Assembly: GCF_023055435.1 (NCBI RefSeq)
Contig: NW_025964372.1
Location: 23,312,001 to 23,376,000 of the forward strand
DNA: 64,000 bases
Source: Haliotis rufescens
Lineage: Eukaryota
Direction: 5' to 3'
Notes under the pieces: model-generated
What the model was told of the DNA's origin: nothing
Database searches by the model: none
The model's input: the letters and a program-made list of their open reading frames with translations, nothing else
In this document: positions 48,241 through 60,927 of the stretch, piece by piece
Position numbering within the stretch: the first letter of the stretch is position 1
Layout: the number at the start of each line of letters is the position of its first letter
Program-made: the position numbers and the translations under genes

Positions 48241-51200
48241 ATATTTGTTGTACTTAATTGACATGTTTAGTTGTAAACAGTAATAATTCTTGGATTCATG
48301 ACAAGTCTTTTGAATAAAAGATTATATATGAATTTTAATTTGTGTTGTATATTTTATCAATGCAAGTTAATTGATGGGAAGTACTGCAGACCCTATCTCC
48401 AGATACTTTTACCATCGCAGGTTTTCCTTTTCAGGAACATAGATCCGATTGATTTGCCATAACCATGGTAGTTTCAGGTGCTCATTTTATCTTGGATCCT
48501 CTCAATGTTTTCAACTGTTCTCACATCCACGTACCTAAATACTGGCAGTTTATTAAGTCCAATATTCTGGAAGTGTTACCAGGGATTTTTTTCTAAATTT
48601 AGAATTCTAAACTAAGTGCCCTTGGCAAACAGATTAGGGGAAAAACTAATAACATAACTTCCTTACATTCTGCATTATTTTAGGATGGCATAGATATGTT
48701 AAAACTTTTAAAGAGGGACAGTTTACTGACATCTGCTACAGATTTTGGGGCTGAATATCTAGTGTCTAGATTTATCCCTGGTGCCAACCCCATGGTCCCA
48801 ACCCCATGTTCCAGACGCCCAAATAAAATATATGTTATGATTCATTTATTATATAATAAAAACCAATGTAGCAGTGAGGGGGAATAACGTACTGCTTTGA
48901 TTTTATCAACTATTCTTTTATGTTGATTCATTAAAAAGACCCACTAACTCTATGCCTTTCATGTTATATTGGTTTTACTTAGAGCACCAGACAAAAAACG
49001 TGGGCAATGTAACTGTTGACAATCTATTTATAGATATCCACATGATTTATAACTTGTGCTCGTGTTTGCGGTTTCCAGTACTTTCCATATACTTAGATAA
49101 CAATGGAAAGTAAAAACAAAATTTAGTTACCCCGCCCTTGGATGAATAATATATTACTGACATGCTGTAAATTGACAATGTATTATGCTCTGCCTGACAT
49201 GAGTGTTTCGAAGTAAACTTTCAGCCATGGTGACTTCCTCATTGACCGATACACCATTACATCGGACATATGACTCATTCTCACTCCCCAATTGCATGCA
49301 ATTTGACAACTAAAATAGAACCCCAAACAGATCATATATAACTCTCTTTAGATATTTTTGACACACGACTGGTAACAAAGCATTCTAAGCCAAAGTCATC
49401 GCCCGCGCATTCAAGTTTCGCCGGCTGTGACGCCATTGCGAATAACCAGTGGTTGTCCCCCTAACGCCTAAAACGAGGACGGCAGCTTGTGGGCGGGGCT
49501 TATCGGTCGGGACTGGATCGGTCTATTGACATATCATCCATGCTTCAAAGGTATTAACGCGGTTTCACTGTCTGAAACTCGTCAGGTGTCTTCATTGTCG
49601 ATACAGTGTTTCGAAATTCTAGTTCAATAGCTTCAATTGTGCATTTGTTAAACTGTGAAATATCTTGGGTCCATGTGCAATAGGGGGCACGGGTGGCCCA
49701 ATCGTCTAAGGCGCCGCGATTCGCTGTGCAGAGTTGCGTCCCTTGGCCACACCAGAAACCTATGATTGTGGGTTCGAATCCCAGTTCGCCCCGATTATGT
49801 TTCTAGGTTTGTCAGCACCATACCCGTGCTCGTGGGTTTCACCGAAGTGGTAAACGTCTGAGACCTGCATTACTTCGGGCTTTCCTCCCACATTAAGCTG
49901 ACACGCCGTTAAACCCAACTCACTCACTCACTCACCATGTGCAATATGTCGATTTATCCACATTTCGAGACGAACGATTTCGAGTTGGATGTGTGTGAGA
50001 GTGAGAAGGATCTAGTTCCGCTCTGTACATTTTGATAAGAAGTCTGTTGGAACTCTTATGAGACGGTGTGGCCAGACATCTCCATTGGTAACACCTGCAC
50101 TGTCACGTTATGCATGATGTTCTTTAGATATCAACTGGCTGCTTTTTTCATATCAATTCATAAAATTCCATTTTCCATTGCACACATATTTAAGGGATCA
50201 ATAGTGACTGACAGTTACTTGCTAAAATGTGACATTCCAAATCATCCGGAGACAGACTGTCTTACATTATTCACTTGCAAGCCTCAGTCCCGTTGGCCGA
50301 TGAGATCGAGGCTAAGATACGCCAATCAAAATAGCTTTCGTACTTAAATAGGATGAAATGTAATCAAATATACTAGTCTCACTCAGTAGACTTGACAGGA
50401 ACGTGTTCATGGAGGAGACAGTTCTACATAGTTTTGATATTTAAGAAATGAGAAACATGTTCGCTGACAAAAATCTGCCAATATATGTTATCCGTAGTGT
50501 AGATTTTATAAATGATGAGATTGGGCCTATTGGTTTTTGACAAGGGGGTTATTTTGAGTAAAACAGAAGCCTCTTCAAACTAGTATTTAAACAGATTAAG
50601 ACCTGCATTAGATTTCTCTTTGCTCCAGCTTTTTCCAGCTTTCCTTGACATGACACAACTATTGAATATGCTGCTGGAAAACAAACCAATCAAATGTACG
50701 CATTGACAACTGGAGCGGACGAATGTTGTTAACGTTTACTATTGGTACCTTTCCAGTTATATCTGTTAATAATCGAATTTGGTCAAGTGGGATAGATCGC
50801 TGACTTTATGTGTGCAGGCGATCAGATACCTCACTCTGAGAGTATGCGTCCGAATCCTATATGGGACTTAACCCAAAACAGACAACAAATTGTACTTTGC
50901 AAAGAAGTTAATCCCAAATATAACATTTGTTGGGAGAATCTAGTATTTTAACCAAAGCTTCTGATTCGGTCATCATTGTACAGATGACACTCCATGCACG
51001 TGTTTATGACAACTGTTATCAATACTGATTTTTTAGGAATATATATTTTGGAACTGTGAATAATCTACTTTCGGCATAATACTAAATTTGGTCCAAAACG
51101 CCAACGACAGAGTATAATCAGTCTCGATTGCCTGCCGATACAGTTTTCACATGACTTTAAGGGGGAAAATAGTGATGAAATAATATGAATGGATCACTGA

Positions 51201-51520
51201 AAATCAGTGCTGACACCAGGTGCTCACACAATGGTTTAGCATGACCTGCACTTCCGGTAGCGCCCGCCACTCACGCGACTTTCATTAAACAAATACTTTA
51301 TATTTGTATTGTATTTGACTAGGATTTATTTTTTTAAATACTTTTAACGGGTTTGACATTGTCAATAACTGTGTTTTTAACGACCATGGAATATATATGA
51401 ATTTCCTCCTCCGGATCTTAATAAGTAATTATTTTGAAGACTGTTCTAAAACATTGAGACTCACAATCAATGCTGATGCAATAAGAGTCATGATATTTGC
51501 AGAAAGAGTTGCAATTAAAA
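48241..51520. repeat. Tandem duplication, copy 1
   Basis: Near-identical to 51521-55246. Paired ORFs 48696/51975 and 50066/53329 each differ by one residue. Confidence 0.95.
49683..49934 (+). mobile_element. SINE family C
   Basis: tRNA-like head and (TCAC)n tail. TSD ccatgtgcaata. Confidence 0.9.
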
Positions 51521-54500
51521 TATTTGTTGTACTTAATTTACATGTTAAGTTGTAAACAGTAATAATTCTTGGATTCATGACAAGTTTTTTGAATAAAAGA
51601 TCATGTATGAATTTTAATTTGTGCTGTATATTTTATCAATGCAAGTTAATTGATGGGAAGTACTGCAGACCCTATCTCCAGATACTTTTACCATTGCAGG
51701 TTTTCCTTTTCAGGAACATAGATCCGATTGATTTGCCATAACAATGGCAGTTTCAGGTGCTCATTTTATCTTGGATCCTCTTAATGTTTTCAACTGTTCT
51801 CACATCCACGTACCTAAATACTGGCAGTTTATTAAGTCCAATATTCTGGAAGTGTTACCAGGGATTCTTATCTAAATTTAGAATTCTAAACTAAGTGCCC
51901 TTGGCAAACAGATTAGGGGGAAAACTAATAACATAATTTCCTTACATTCTGCATTGTTTTAGGATGGCATAGATATGTTAAAACTTTTAAAGAGGGACAG
52001 TTTACTGACATCTGCTACAGATTTTGGGGCTGAATATCTAGCGTCTAGATTTATCCCTGGTGCCAACCCCATGGTCCCAACCCCATGTTCCAGACGCCCA
52101 AATAAAATATATGTTATGATTCATTTATTATATAATAAAAACCAATGTAGCAGTGAGGGGGAATAACGTACTGCTTTGATTTTATCAACTATTCTTTTAT
52201 GTTGATTCATTAAAAAGACCCACTAACTCTATGCCTTTCATGTTATATTGGTTTTACTTAGAGCACCAGACAAAAAACGTGGGCAATGTAACTGTTGACA
52301 ATCTATTTATAGATATCCACATGATTTATAACTTGTGCTCGTGTTTGCGGTTTCCAGTACTTTCCATATACTTAGATAACAATGGAAAGTAAAAACAAAA
52401 TTTAGTTACCCCGCCCTTGGATGAATAATATATTACTGACATGCTGTAAATTGACAATATATTATGCTCTGCCTGACATGAGTGTTTCGAAGTAAACTTT
52501 CAGCCATGGTGACTTCCTCATTGACCGATACACCATTACATCGGACATATGACTCATTCTCACTCCCCATATGCAATTTGACAACTAAAATAGAACCCCA
52601 AACAGATCATATATAACTCTCTTTAGATATTTTTGACACACGACTGGTAACAAAGCATTCTAAGCCATTTCATCGCCCGCGCATTCAAGTTTCGCCGGCT
52701 GCGATTAACCAGTGGTTGTCCCCCTAACGCCTAAAACGAGGACGGCAGCTTGTGGGCGGGGCTTATCGGTCGGGACTGGATCGGTCTATTGACATATCAT
52801 CCATGCTTCAAAGGCATTAACGCGGTTTCACTGTCTGAAACTCGTCAGGTGTCTTCATTGTCGATACAGTGTTTCGAAATTCTTATTCAATAGCTTCAAT
52901 TGTGCATTTGTTAAACTGTGAAATACCTTGGGTCCATGTGCAATAGGGGGCACGGGTGGCCCAATCGTCTAAGGCGCCGCGATTCGCTGTGCAGAGTTGC
53001 GTCCCTTGGCCACACCAGAAACCTATGATTGTGGGTTCGAATCCCAGTTCGCCCCGATTATGTTTCTAGGTTTGTCAGCACCATACCCGTGCTCGTGGGT
53101 TTCACCGAAGTGGTAAACGTCTGAGACCTGCATTACTTCGGGCTTTCCTCCCACATTAAGCTGACACGCCGTTAAACCCAACTCACTCACTCACTCACCA
53201 TGTGCAATATGTCGATTTATCCACATTTCGAGACGAACGATTTCGAGTTGGATGTGTGTGAGAGTGAGAAGGATCTAGTTCCGCTCTGTACATTTTGATA
53301 AGAAGTCTGTTGGAACTCTTATGAGACGGTGTGGCCAGACATCTCCATTGGTAACACCTGCACTGTCACGTTATGCATGATGTTCTTTAGATATCAACTG
53401 GCTGCTTTTTTCATCTCAATTCATAAAATTCCATTTTCCATTGCACACATATTTAAGGGATCAATAGTGACTGACAGTTACTTGCTAAAACGTGACATTC
53501 CAAATCATCCGGAAACAGACTGTCTTACATTATTCACTTGCAAGCCTCAGTCCCGTTGGCCGATGAGATCGAGGCTAAGATACGCCAATCAAAATAGCTT
53601 TCGTACTTAAATAGGATGAAATGTAATCAAATATACTAGTCTCACTCAGTAGACTTGACAGGAACGTGTTCATGGAGGAGACAGTTCTACATAGTTTTGA
53701 TATTTAAGAAATGAGAAACATGTTCGCTGACAAAAATCTGCCAATATATGTTATCCGTAGTGTAGATTTTATAAATGATGAGATTGGGCCTATTGGTTTT
53801 TGACAAGGGAGTTATTTTGAGTAAAACAGAAGCCTCTTCAAACTAGTATTTAAAAAGATTAAGACCTGCATTAGATTTCTCTTTGCTCCAGCTTTCTCAA
53901 GCTTTCCTTGACATGACACATCTATTGAATATGCTGCTGGAAAACAGACCAATCAAATGTACGCATTGACAACTGGAGCGGACGAATGTTGTTAACGTTT
54001 AATATTAGTACCATTCCAGTTATATCATGGAGGCCTGTTAATAATCGAATTTGGTCAAGGTATTCCAGAGAAAGGAGGACCACGGATCACGTAGGCTCAC
54101 CACCCGACAAGTATTGTTCTTTATACTTACATTGAATGATGTTCTGTACTTCAGTGGAGATATGGACACGCTGCACTCAGATCAACTGCAACATCTGCAA
54201 AGCACAGATTCGATGACTGAGTGGCTTGGCTTGCTTTATGTGCAGGCGATTATGTACCTCACTCTGAGAGTGAACGTTCGAATCCTACATTGGACTCAAC
54301 CCCAAAACAGTACTGGACTCCTTTACTACTTTACAAAGAAAGAGTTATCTTACAAATAACATTTGTTACATTTGACTACTTTGTAAAGGTATGTGTATTC
54401 TTCGTTTTCAGCCATGGGAAAAGTGCTAATTTATACTTGTCAGAAGGGTACACAAAAGTGATCAAGACTACCAGTTGTCGGACTTTCATTTTGTGGCAGC

Positions 54501-55246
54501 CTCGGTGACTGAGTGGGATAGATCGCTGACTTTATGTGTGCAGGCGATCAGATACCTCACTCTGAGAGTATGCGTCCAAATCCTATATGGGACTTAACCC
54601 AAAACAGACAACAAATTGTACTTTGTAAAGAAGTTAATCCCAAATATAACATTTGTTGGGAGAATCTAGTATTTTAACCAAAGCTTCTGATTCGGTCATC
54701 ATTGTACAGATGAAACTCCATGCACGTGTTTATGACAACTGTTATCAATACTGACTTTTAAGGAATATATATTTTGGAACTGTGAATAATCTACTTTCGG
54801 CATAATACTAAATTTGGTCCAAAACGCCAACGACAGAGTATAATCAGTCTCGATTACCTGCCGATACAGTTTTCACATGACTTTAAGGGGGGAAATAGTG
54901 ATGAAATGATATGAATGGATCACTGAAAATCAGTGCTGACACCAGGTGCTCACACAATGGTTTAGCATGACCTGCACTTCCGGTAGCGCCCGCCACTCAC
55001 GCGACTTTCATTAAACAAATACTTTATATTTGTATTGTATTTGACTAGGATTCATTTTTTAAAATACTTTTAACGGGTTTGACATTGTCAATAACTGTGT
55101 TTTTAACGACCATGGAATATATATGAATTTCCTCCTCCGGATCTTAATAAGTAATTATTTTGAAGACTGTTCTAAAACATTGAGACTCACAATCAATGCT
55201 GATGCAATAAGAGTCATGATATTTGCAGAAAGAGTTGCAATTAAAA
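51521..55246. repeat. Tandem duplication, copy 2, with ~450 bp extra at 54060-54512
   Basis: Direct alignment with copy 1. Confidence 0.95.
52946..53197 (+). mobile_element. SINE family C, duplicated with the segment
   Basis: Identical to 49683-49934 with the same TSD. Confidence 0.9.
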
Positions 55247-55322
55247 CTCACATCTTCGTTTTACGCCCGAGTCCTTCAGGGTATTAAGGAATATGTATGT
55301 ATTGTGTCGTCTTTATTATTCC

Positions 55323-55417
55323 CAATGTGTGAAGCCAATTTCTGGTGTCCCCCGCCGTGATATTGCTGGAATATTGCTAAAAGCGGCGTAAAACCATACT
55401 CACTCACTCACTCACTC
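55323..55417 (+). mobile_element. 5'-truncated SINE family A
   Basis: 3' half only. TSD tttattattcc. Confidence 0.85.
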
Positions 55418-57949
55418 TTTATTATTCCAGGAAGGGTTTGTCAGACAAAAAGGCCATGTACGTCGTCTCTAGAATATGCTTGCCAGATATTCCAGTTTAC
55501 TGCAAGCTAAACTTATTTAATCAGATTGTCACAATGTACAACAAATCTTGCTGTATAGATCTTGTCCAGATAACTTTGCTGAATGCCATGCTGGCGCAAG
55601 ACTGTTGCAATAGTCCAACTTTTAAGAGATAAATGCATTTGACAGAATTTTTTTTTTTACCCAGCTTGCACAGTCTTTTGGTGCAGTTTTACACCAGTTT
55701 TTCGCTCGGCGTGTTTAACAAAATGCTTCAATTTGAACACAAAAAATTCAACATCGATTTCGGCGCCGTGTTGATGACCCGCGTGAAAGTTTTCTTTTAT
55801 ACATTTGTCACGGTAATTTTTATTCCCAATACAGAAGTAACCCGTCTTCAGATGAACATACCTTTACAGCGAGGTCTGACAGAAATCTCTCCATCATGAA
55901 AAAAAGTTTAATTAGTAGATTCCGGCCTTAACAGTGAGAGCCACAAACACAGGCCAAGTTGTCATTAGTCGCATGTCAAGTTTTAGGAAACGGGCTGTAG
56001 AGGCTGTCTGGTGTCTCCTTGTCGACGTTGCTTCTATGGACTTAATGAAGCCTCTTGAGCCGCCGTGCTGACACATGTTATATACCACTTCATTGCTGTT
56101 TGTAGTGTTCAGCATTGCTGTCTCCATAGAAGAGATCCTTTCTCCTATGCTGGTCGGAAGACGCGACTAAATGGATTGGGTGGTCAGGCTTGGTGACTTG
56201 GTTGAATGCCTGCCATCGTCCCCTATCGTTGCTCACAATATCAACGACTGGGTTGTCTGGTCCAGTCTACATTATTTACAGACCGCAGTCATGTAGCTGG
56301 TATAATGCTGAGAAACAAACAATATTGGGGGTTTCTTTAAAGGTTCACAGTAAAACCACATCCACATTATCTCCTTACTGTCGATAAAGCGTCTTTTCGG
56401 TACTGTGGTCTTTAATCGGCATTTCAATTTGCCATCGACAGATTGTAATAGCCAATTACATCCATCGAAAGTTGATTAACCTCGCTCCTAAACATGGTTG
56501 ATAATGCTCTCAATTATCATGCTGTAACTGATAGTGTTTTCCCATTGTTTTTAGGGTTGTATTAAAGGAAAGTCATTATACATTATCTTAGATTGCGTAG
56601 GTTTTTCATTAACCAATGTTTTCCTCAGGAATTGGTTGGCTTCCACAAAACGCCATAAGCCTTGAAACACAATTGCTTCAACGAATTATACTTCTATTCA
56701 TATGGTTGGTACAATCAAATATCGAGAAATGTCCAATTGCTGTAAAGATTCTCTTAAGCAGGACATGTTGTAAGTCTTTTTGTTCCACTCTGAGTGACAA
56801 AGAAAATGTTATTTAACCCCAACATTAGAAATATCCAAGCTTAATAACTGCAGTGACTATGACTGGACCAAGCAATCAAGTGACAGAAGGAATATGCATC
56901 GACTCAGGTCACTGGAGGACAATGACACACAATCAGCCCAGTCAGAAAGCCTGATCATCCGATCCCAAATCCTTTACTCCTTTATGAATGCATGTCTCTC
57001 CCCAAGAACATGGTAAGAAATCACTTGTCAGGGCATTGTACTGTCCGGATTGGCGGGGTTTCACTGTATCCAATCTCACAATGTGAAGACACATGGACAA
57101 GGTGTATACCACATTTCAATGTGAAAGCTGACGCATCCTTGCATGATGTGGCGCAAAAATACAGATCTCCATGTGAAAACACATACACAAAATGTAGCCT
57201 TCAATATAATGATACAAAGAGAAGCAAAACCAATTTGCCCAGAGATAACGATGTTCCTATTTATATTATTTCCACCGATATTTTGCCTCTTACGCCCAAT
57301 GGAATCTGTTTGGGAGAATAATCGTGACTGATTATTCTTTGGCGTTGAAACTATTAAATATGTGCCCGTTTACCAGCAGAATAATATGCAATAATGTTTC
57401 CAGTTGCAATGTAATAAAGCGTCTTGCTTTTCTCACGTGTCCGAGACTCGGTACGTCAGCCTCTAATGCAATGATGTGAAATAAACTGATACCCTTCAAC
57501 ACGTGAATAAAAGGCTGGGGATTTCAGGAAAACGTCAGTATTTATCAACCCTTACATATACTTTATGGTTTGTGTTTGATGTCTGACAGATAATTTATGA
57601 ATTGAAATGCATGCATGTCAGTCACCGACCCAACTCGTTATACTGACAACACATGTCAGATCTAATATGACGACATTTGCTTACTTACCATCATATGGTG
57701 CTCTTTCTTATCAAAGGGTTAGAATCCCACATTTGGTCCATTTATTCATTCGAACATCAAATCAATATACCCGTGCTTGTTGGTTTAACCAAAGTTGAAA
57801 ACATCTTAATTGAATGAGTTGATATTGAGCTTTGCATAGGCAAGGTCGAAGCGGGAAAACATCTTCGAGTGAATAAGTTAATATTGAATGTCGCATCAGC
57901 AACGTCGCACCGGAAAAAAACGCCTACGAAATGAATTAGTTTCATATTA

Positions 57950-60560
57950 CGTATATGGCAGTCTAAGTTATTGTTAAAAAATGTTGTGATTGTATTACAT
58001 TATGTCTGTTCAGATTCAGTTCAAGTTCATAACATTGTGTTCTAATAGTAATTAGTTGTCAGGAATGTATTACCATCTTATGTAAGCAGAGGTGTCGAAG
58101 TTATAATATTTTGATACGTTTGAAGTAAGGTGTAGTCTGGAATCTCTTTCAGCACAGCAATTGACTTATCCAGAATGGTACAGAACTTTCTAGGAAGTAT
58201 TGAGACTATATACGTGTGCAAACGCATGACTCTCTCACCACACATTACATCATGACCAGCAGTTGTGTGAAAATCCAAAGCAAACTCTACAAAAGTAGAA
58301 ACATCCTTTTGCTTAGTAGATCTAAACGTTTGCCTCTAAGCTTTAGGAAATAATTAATAAGCCTTCAAAATTGCAGCCTCAACAAAATGATAGTCAGAAC
58401 TCCTATCAATTAGTAAGGCAGAATAAACTTACTGAGTTTTACCCCTTAAAACACTTTGCAACAACATGGACGAATAATTCTGAGGCCAGTTTAAACTGCT
58501 AGCCAGCTTTTCAAAATGTAAGAAAAACGTTTCAACATCATGTTCAGAGAAGGGCGGAACAAGTCTAATCAGGTTGGAAAGATCAAACGATCTATCACCT
58601 GTTGCGGTACAGCGAGAGATTCTGTAAATCAATTTGTTTCATGTAAATTTCTTTATCAGCTTGAATTCTAATTACTTAATCCGAAATTCTCTCTCTTCTT
58701 TTCCTTTCTCATCTTCAAATTTCAATTTTTCATTTTCGTTCTCAGCTTGAATTTCTAATTGCATAATCCGAAATTCTCTCTCTTCTTTTTCATGCTTGAC
58801 AATGACATTATTGAACCAAGTCATAGTGACTTGAGTTCACCTTACCTTCTTGTGTCGAAGCCTGATGGTATTTCCAGACGCTATACAGACTGACTCTTAC
58901 CAAATACCAAGAACCAATAACAGCATCCACAGAATAAGTCAAAGCAAATACGTCAACAAACTTGTTGACCTACTTGGCTTGATCGATTAAAGGGGTATTG
59001 GCAGTTCCCATGGACTGAGCATGCCAAGAGGGTCTCAGCTTTTGTGATTCCAGATGGTCTTTTTCAATAAAAAATTATGCTGTTTAGGTTCAAGAATGCT
59101 CCTTCCACATTCCAGCATCCCATCAATGACATTACAGACAATCGTGAGAATTCCAAATCCTACATCAACGATGTCATCACTTATCCTATCAAGTGGGATG
59201 AACACCTGAAGAGGATCCGTGTCTTCTTCGAGACACTCACTGAAGCCAAGTTGACTAAATTTCAAGAATTGTGATTTTGCACATGTCACAGGCCAAGGTC
59301 AGGTTCTGCCCGTTCAGGCAAAGGCAGAAACTATTTCAAAATATCAAAGTTCCCCCCGCCCAAAATTATCATGAATTTTCTGGGCATCCCTGGCTACTTT
59401 CTCACGTGCAGTAGCCCTTCTCACTAATTTGCTGGGTAAAAGGGTTAAATTTGTTTGGGACAGCAATTGTCTGTTTGCTTTGGAGAAAATTAAAGCCATT
59501 CTCATGAATTCTCCTGTTCTCCGAGCACCATAATTTGCAACACCTTTCAGATTGGCAGTAAGTGCTGGTGACATTTGGTGCTGGAGCTGTCCTGTTACAA
59601 GAAGATGCATCAGGCTTTGATCATCCTGTTTGTTATTATTCACAACATTTAACAAACATCAGGTATATCATCCCAAATTGAAAAAGAAACTCTTGCTCTA
59701 TTATTGGCTTTGCAACAATTTGAAGTGTATTTGGGTACTACTGTGTTTCCGATCCAAGTGAACACTATCACAATCCACTGACGTTTCTTCATAAAATGAA
59801 GACCTAAAACCAATGCGCTGGAGCTTGTCTTTGCAGGAATTTGATTAAGACATCAAAGACAAAGTAAACAAATTATCACGTATAATGTTTACTATCATTT
59901 ACTTAGCTGCTTTTGTACTTTAATTTGCAAAGAAAGTTCTCACTTTGTTCAAATTTTCATTCTCCGAAGGCAGCGAGTATCATATGGCAGTGTAATTCAT
60001 TGTTAAACAATGTAGTAATTGTATCACATTGTTTCTGTTTAGTAGAAGTTGATAACATTGTGTTTCAACAATAATTAGTTGTTTGTTTGTTTGGGTTTTT
60101 TTAACGCCGCACTCACCAATATCCCAGCTACATGACGGCGGTCTGTAAATAGTCGAGTCTGGGCCAGACAGTCCAGTGATTGATATCATGAGCATCGACC
60201 CACGCAATTTGGACACGATGACGTGCATCAACCAAGTCAGCGAGCCTGACCACCCGATCCCGTGAGTCACCTCTTACGACAAGCATGGTCACCTTTACAG
60301 CAAGCATGGGTTGCTGAAGACCTATTCTACCCCGGATCTACACGGGTTTGTCAGGAATGTATTACTATCTAATGTAAGCAGTAGTGTTAAACTTACTATA
60401 TTTTGATACTTTTAGAGACAAGTGTAATCGGGAATCTTCTAGAATAGCCATAGACTAGTCCAGCGTGGTATAGAACTTTCTAGAAGATATTTAGACTATA
60501 CAAGTGTGCAAACGCTCTCTCATCTAACATTACATCAAGGCCAGCTGTTTTGTAAAGATC
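57950..60560 (+). mobile_element. Rearranged Ty3/Gypsy LTR retrotransposon relic
   Basis: Direct repeats at ~57950-58278 and ~59980-60560. RT/RNase H remnants on + (KGYWQ, FKNAPSTFQ, YINDV, GAGAVLLQ, IEKETLALLLAL). Gag remnant on - (IRLVPPFSEHDVETFFLHFEK..LLQSVLRGK). Confidence 0.8.
60083..60346 (-). mobile_element. SINE-like family B inserted in the right LTR
   Basis: Reverse complement begins cccgtgtagatccggggtagaataggtcttcagc. Absent from the left LTR. Confidence 0.88.
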
Positions 60561-60850
60561 CGATTTTTACCCTATGTCCAGCCTAAGCCCATTTTTGAAG
60601 TATGACCACTGTTACTGCCAGGTGAATTTTATTGTCACTGACTATATTGCTGTAACCACTGCCATTGTAATTGCCATTGTAATGTTGTACTGCCACTCTA
60701 ATCTGTACTGCCAGTGTAATTACTTTGCAGTAAGTTGCATTTATTTGAAAACCCGGTTAATTTTGTATCACAATTGTTATGCCTGATTACTTCTCCCATG
60801 GGAGAATAATATTGGCCTATCCCGTGCCCACCAAGCGGAGGGGTGACTGC

Positions 60851-60852
<2 letters not shown>

Positions 60853-60881
<29 letters not shown>

Positions 60882-60890
60882 AATAGATAA

Positions 60891-60927
<37 letters not shown>
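60853..60927. repeat. (GATA)n microsatellite
   Basis: Directly visible. Confidence 0.97.

Noticed and set aside
48696-48887. Paired near-identical ORFs (48696/51975 and 50066/53329) as a gene family
   Set aside because: The identity is explained by the recent duplication, and there are no coding hallmarks.
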